Source of the DNA: Cyanophora paradoxa CCMP329
Lineage: Eukaryota > Plantae > Glaucophyta
Assembly: GCA_004431415.1 (NCBI GenBank)
Contig: QPMI01000267.1
Location: 1-64,000, forward strand
DNA: 64,000 nt
Reading direction: 5' to 3'
Position 1 is the first letter of the stretch. Each line of letters opens with the position of its first letter. Below are positions 61,126 through 64,000 of this stretch, in pieces. The translations under genes were made by a program, and so were the position numbers. The notes beneath the pieces were generated by a model. The model was not told the origin of the DNA. It made no database searches and saw nothing but the letters and a program-made list of their open reading frames with translations.

Positions 61126-64000
61126 ATGGCCTCGCCGACGTCTGCACGAGACAGCGCGCGGCTCACTGCACGCTCGAGTGTTCCCACAGCCGGCTCCTCT
61201 CTTCGCCGGCCCAGCAGCGCCGTCGAATCTTCGAGCCGTACAGGCAGTTGGGCGAGCGTGCTGGGCCCCGGCTCGCTGACGGCACGGGGAAGCTTGACGC
61301 TTCGGGACAAACCGCAAGCGAAGTCGTTGATCGAACCCTCGCGTGCGCCAGGCGCCGGCCTTCCACCGCTCTATTGAGCTCACCCGTTGCCGCAGATCCG
61401 GTGTTCTGGTCGACGCCGCTGGACCCCGGCGAATGCCTCGAGCTTGCGATGCACCGGCATGCGCTTCAGAAAGCCGCGGGCGCCAGCACGGCGGCGGAAG
61501 CAGGCGAGGCGCACACGGCGTCAGCGGGGAGCATCCACTCCCCGAATCCGCACCGACGCAGCGCCCCCAGCATGCCGCCGCGGCCGGCGTCCGCGCCGCG
61601 CGCCCGGCCGCCTAGCGCCGGGCGCGACGCCACGCGGACGCTGCTAAGCGCGACGCCGGAGCACCCGCCGCGGCCAGAGTCGCCGGCACCGGGCAGCCGA
61701 AGCAGCACGGCCCGCTGACCTTCGTCAACGTGCCCACGGGGCCCCTGCCCCCTCGCCGCTCGCCCTCCCGACCCGGTCCACACGCGGCCCGGCGGCCGGC
61801 ACACGCCGACGGCCCCGCGGGGGCGCCCGCGGCGGCCGCCGCGGCCGGCGTCGGCCTCGCGGGCGCGGCCGGCATCGGCGCAGCGGCCGGTCTCGGCGGC
61901 GTCGAAGCAGGAGGGGAAGGGCGGGGGAGCGGGAGCGGTACGGGGCGCTGCGGCGGCGGATTGCGGAGGCCGGGGCGGTGCGGGTGTACCTCTGCTGCGA
62001 CTTCGACGAGTTCCGAGAGGAGCGCGAGGCGCTCCGCCGCGAGTCCGCCCGCCTCCGCCGCCTCTGCGAGGACCGGTGCCGCCCCGCCCCTCCGCCCCCC
62101 GCCGGCGCCCCGGCCTGAGCCGCGCCGGCGCTGACGCAGGGGCGTTTCATTCGACTGGGTCGACATGCGCTGGGGTCCGGCCGGGCGGGCCCGCGGGAGG
62201 GGGCGGGGCGGGGCTGAGGGGCGCGCGGGCGGGGCGCAGGGCTGACGGGGGAGGAGAGCCGGCAGCCGGAGATGCTCGTGCGGTGCCTGGACGAGGTTCG
62301 GCGCCGGCGGGGCGGGCGCGGGGAGGGGCGCGGGCCCACGCGGGCCGGCAGGTCGAGCGCGCCGCCCCCTTCTTCGTCGGCCTCCTCGGCAACCGCTACG
62401 GCGAGACCGCCGTGCGCGCCCGCGCCCGCCCCCAGCCCCCGTGGCGCCGGCGAGCCGGCGGCAGGCGCCGGGGCTGGAGGGGTACGACTCGCCGGTGCGG
62501 GCGGCCTTCGACGCCGCCGTGCGGGACCCGCGCTTCGCCTACCTCGACGGGTGCGCCCGCGCTGGGGCGGGGCCGGGAGGGGCGACGGGCGGCAGGGAGA
62601 TGCGGCGGTGGTCGCTGGCGGCGTGCGAGGTCTACCACGCCCTCGAGCGCGCGGGCGCCTCCCCGCGTCGAGGGCCTCCCGACGAGCCCGCCCCGCTGGT
62701 CCCCGCCCCACCCCGCCCCGCCCCGCCCCGCCCCGCCCGCCCCGAGCCCCTCGCCGCTGCCCGCAGAAGAAGAGGAGGACGGGGACGGGGCGCTCTTTCC
62801 GCTGCACGCGCCCTGGAACCTGCCGGAGTGCAAGGGGATCTACTACCGGGACCCGGCGCTCTCGGCGGAGGTGGCGCGGCGCGAGGGCCTCGCCGCCGAG
62901 CCCGAGGACTCGCACCGGCGCCTCCACTTCCTCAAGGCGAGCCCCGCCCGCCCCGCTGGCCCGGCGCCCCCGCGCGCCCCGCGCCTGAGCGTGGTGCAGC
63001 GCAAGTGGGTCCCCGTCAAGGCCGAGACCTACCCGGGCCTCCGCGTCCGCTGGTCCCCCGACGCCGGCTACCGGGTGCGGGCGCCGGGCGGGCGGCCGTT
63101 GCGGGGCGGGGGCCGAGGGTGCGGGGCGGGGGGCAGAGCGTGTCGGAGCTGGTGGCGCGCGTCCTCCGCGACCTCGAGGACCTCCTCTCCAAGTGGGGCC
63201 CCTGCCCCCGCCCCCGCTGCCGGCGCCCGCGCCGAGGCCCGCGCCCCCCGCAGGGTGCTGTACCCCGTGGAGGAGGCGGTGCCGCGGCTCGCGGAGCGGG
63301 TGGCCCTCATCGCCGAGTCCCGCCACGCCGCCATCGTCCGCGCCGCCTGCGACACGTCCGCCCCGCCCGCCCGCCGCCCCGCGCCGCCTCACGCGGCCGG
63401 GGCGGGCGGCAGGTGGCGGCGGGCCTGCAGCGGCACGAGGCGCTGGTGAAGGTGAACGGGGCGTTCGCGGCGGGGCGCGGGTGGTGGTCGTGAAGGGGAG
63501 GCCGGGGCGGGGAAGACGACGCTGGCGGCGCGCTGGTTCGCGTGGGCGCGCGAGGAGGACCCGAGGCCCTCGCCCTCTTCCACTCCACCGACGCCGGCCA
63601 CACCGCCCGCTCCGGTGCCCCCGGCCCCGGCCCCGGCCCCGGCCCGGGCCGGGCCCGCCTGACGCCTCCGGCAGCTGTCGGCGTCCTGGGGCGCATGGCG
63701 CGCGCCTCGGCACCGGCCTCCGCCCCCGCCGGCCCCGCTCTCGGCGTTCGAGAAGAACGCGCGGCACGAGAGCGCGCTGGCGGAGGCCGGGGGGCGGGTG
63801 CAGCGGCTGGCGGCGGCCTTCCGGCGTGCGCGGAGCAACGCGATCGTGCTGGTGCTGGACGGGGCGGCGGCGCTGCTGGACGAGGAGGAGCGGCCGCTCG
63901 GCGCCGTGCTGCACGCCGTGCTGCGGCCGCTCTTCGCGGCCGGGGAGCGCGCGGTGCGGGTGCTGGTGACCGTCCCTGCGGGGGCGGCCACCGACCTGGA
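61126..64000 (+). CDS. DUF4062-like plus P-loop (NACHT/STAND-type; TEP1/NPHP3/NWD-like) protein, truncated by the window end
   Basis: DFDEFREEREAL, VSFDWVDMRWG, CLDE..R..PFFVGLLGNRYG, SL..CEV, Walker A VVVKG..G.GKTTLAA (needs one extra G at about 63495, probably a homopolymer error) and Walker B-like IVLVLDG. Confidence 0.75.

Noticed and set aside
63480-63530. Apparent frameshift in the Walker A motif of the NACHT-like gene (pseudogene or programmed frameshift)
   Set aside because: It falls in a G homopolymer, so sequencing error is the simplest explanation.

Overview
Eukaryotic nuclear DNA from a very GC-rich, gene-dense, intron-rich unicellular organism. Introns are mostly about 50-80 nt with a CTGAC branch point and CAG acceptor. 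A glaucophyte/algal-type genome such as Cyanophora is a guess only. About 17 spliced genes can be reconstructed by hand: a secreted/membrane protein, BT1 folate/biopterin transporter, Y-family DNA polymerase eta, CLC anion channel, C2-like protein, KMO-like flavin monooxygenase, eEF1B, a coiled-coil protein, VPS4, an SDR, an RNI/LRR-like protein, a giant low-complexity repeat protein, F-box/LRR, focadhesin/RST1, B12D/NDUFA4, NATD1-type GNAT and a DUF4062/NACHT-type NTPase. Most are arranged head-to-head. A gene-free, lower-GC island at about 16.7-29.2 kb holds a rearranged DIRS/Ngaro-type RT-RNase H fragment between 373-bp direct repeats and a ~1.45-kb x ~5 tandem array of unknown origin. Main observations: (1) three near-identical box C/D snoRNA-like RNAs in three consecutive CLC introns; (2) non-coding DNA saturated with concatenated palindromes, with two apparent inverted-triplication insertions caught in otherwise near-identical array copies; (3) about 29% GC-AG introns with non-standard donor consensus; (4) alternating C-rich and G-rich blocks along genes; (5) an eEF1B with a Dpy-30/RIIa-like N-terminus; (6) a CAC...GTG MITE. 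Most long ORFs in the supplied track are GC-rich shadow frames. Exon boundaries are manual inferences, and no database searches were run.
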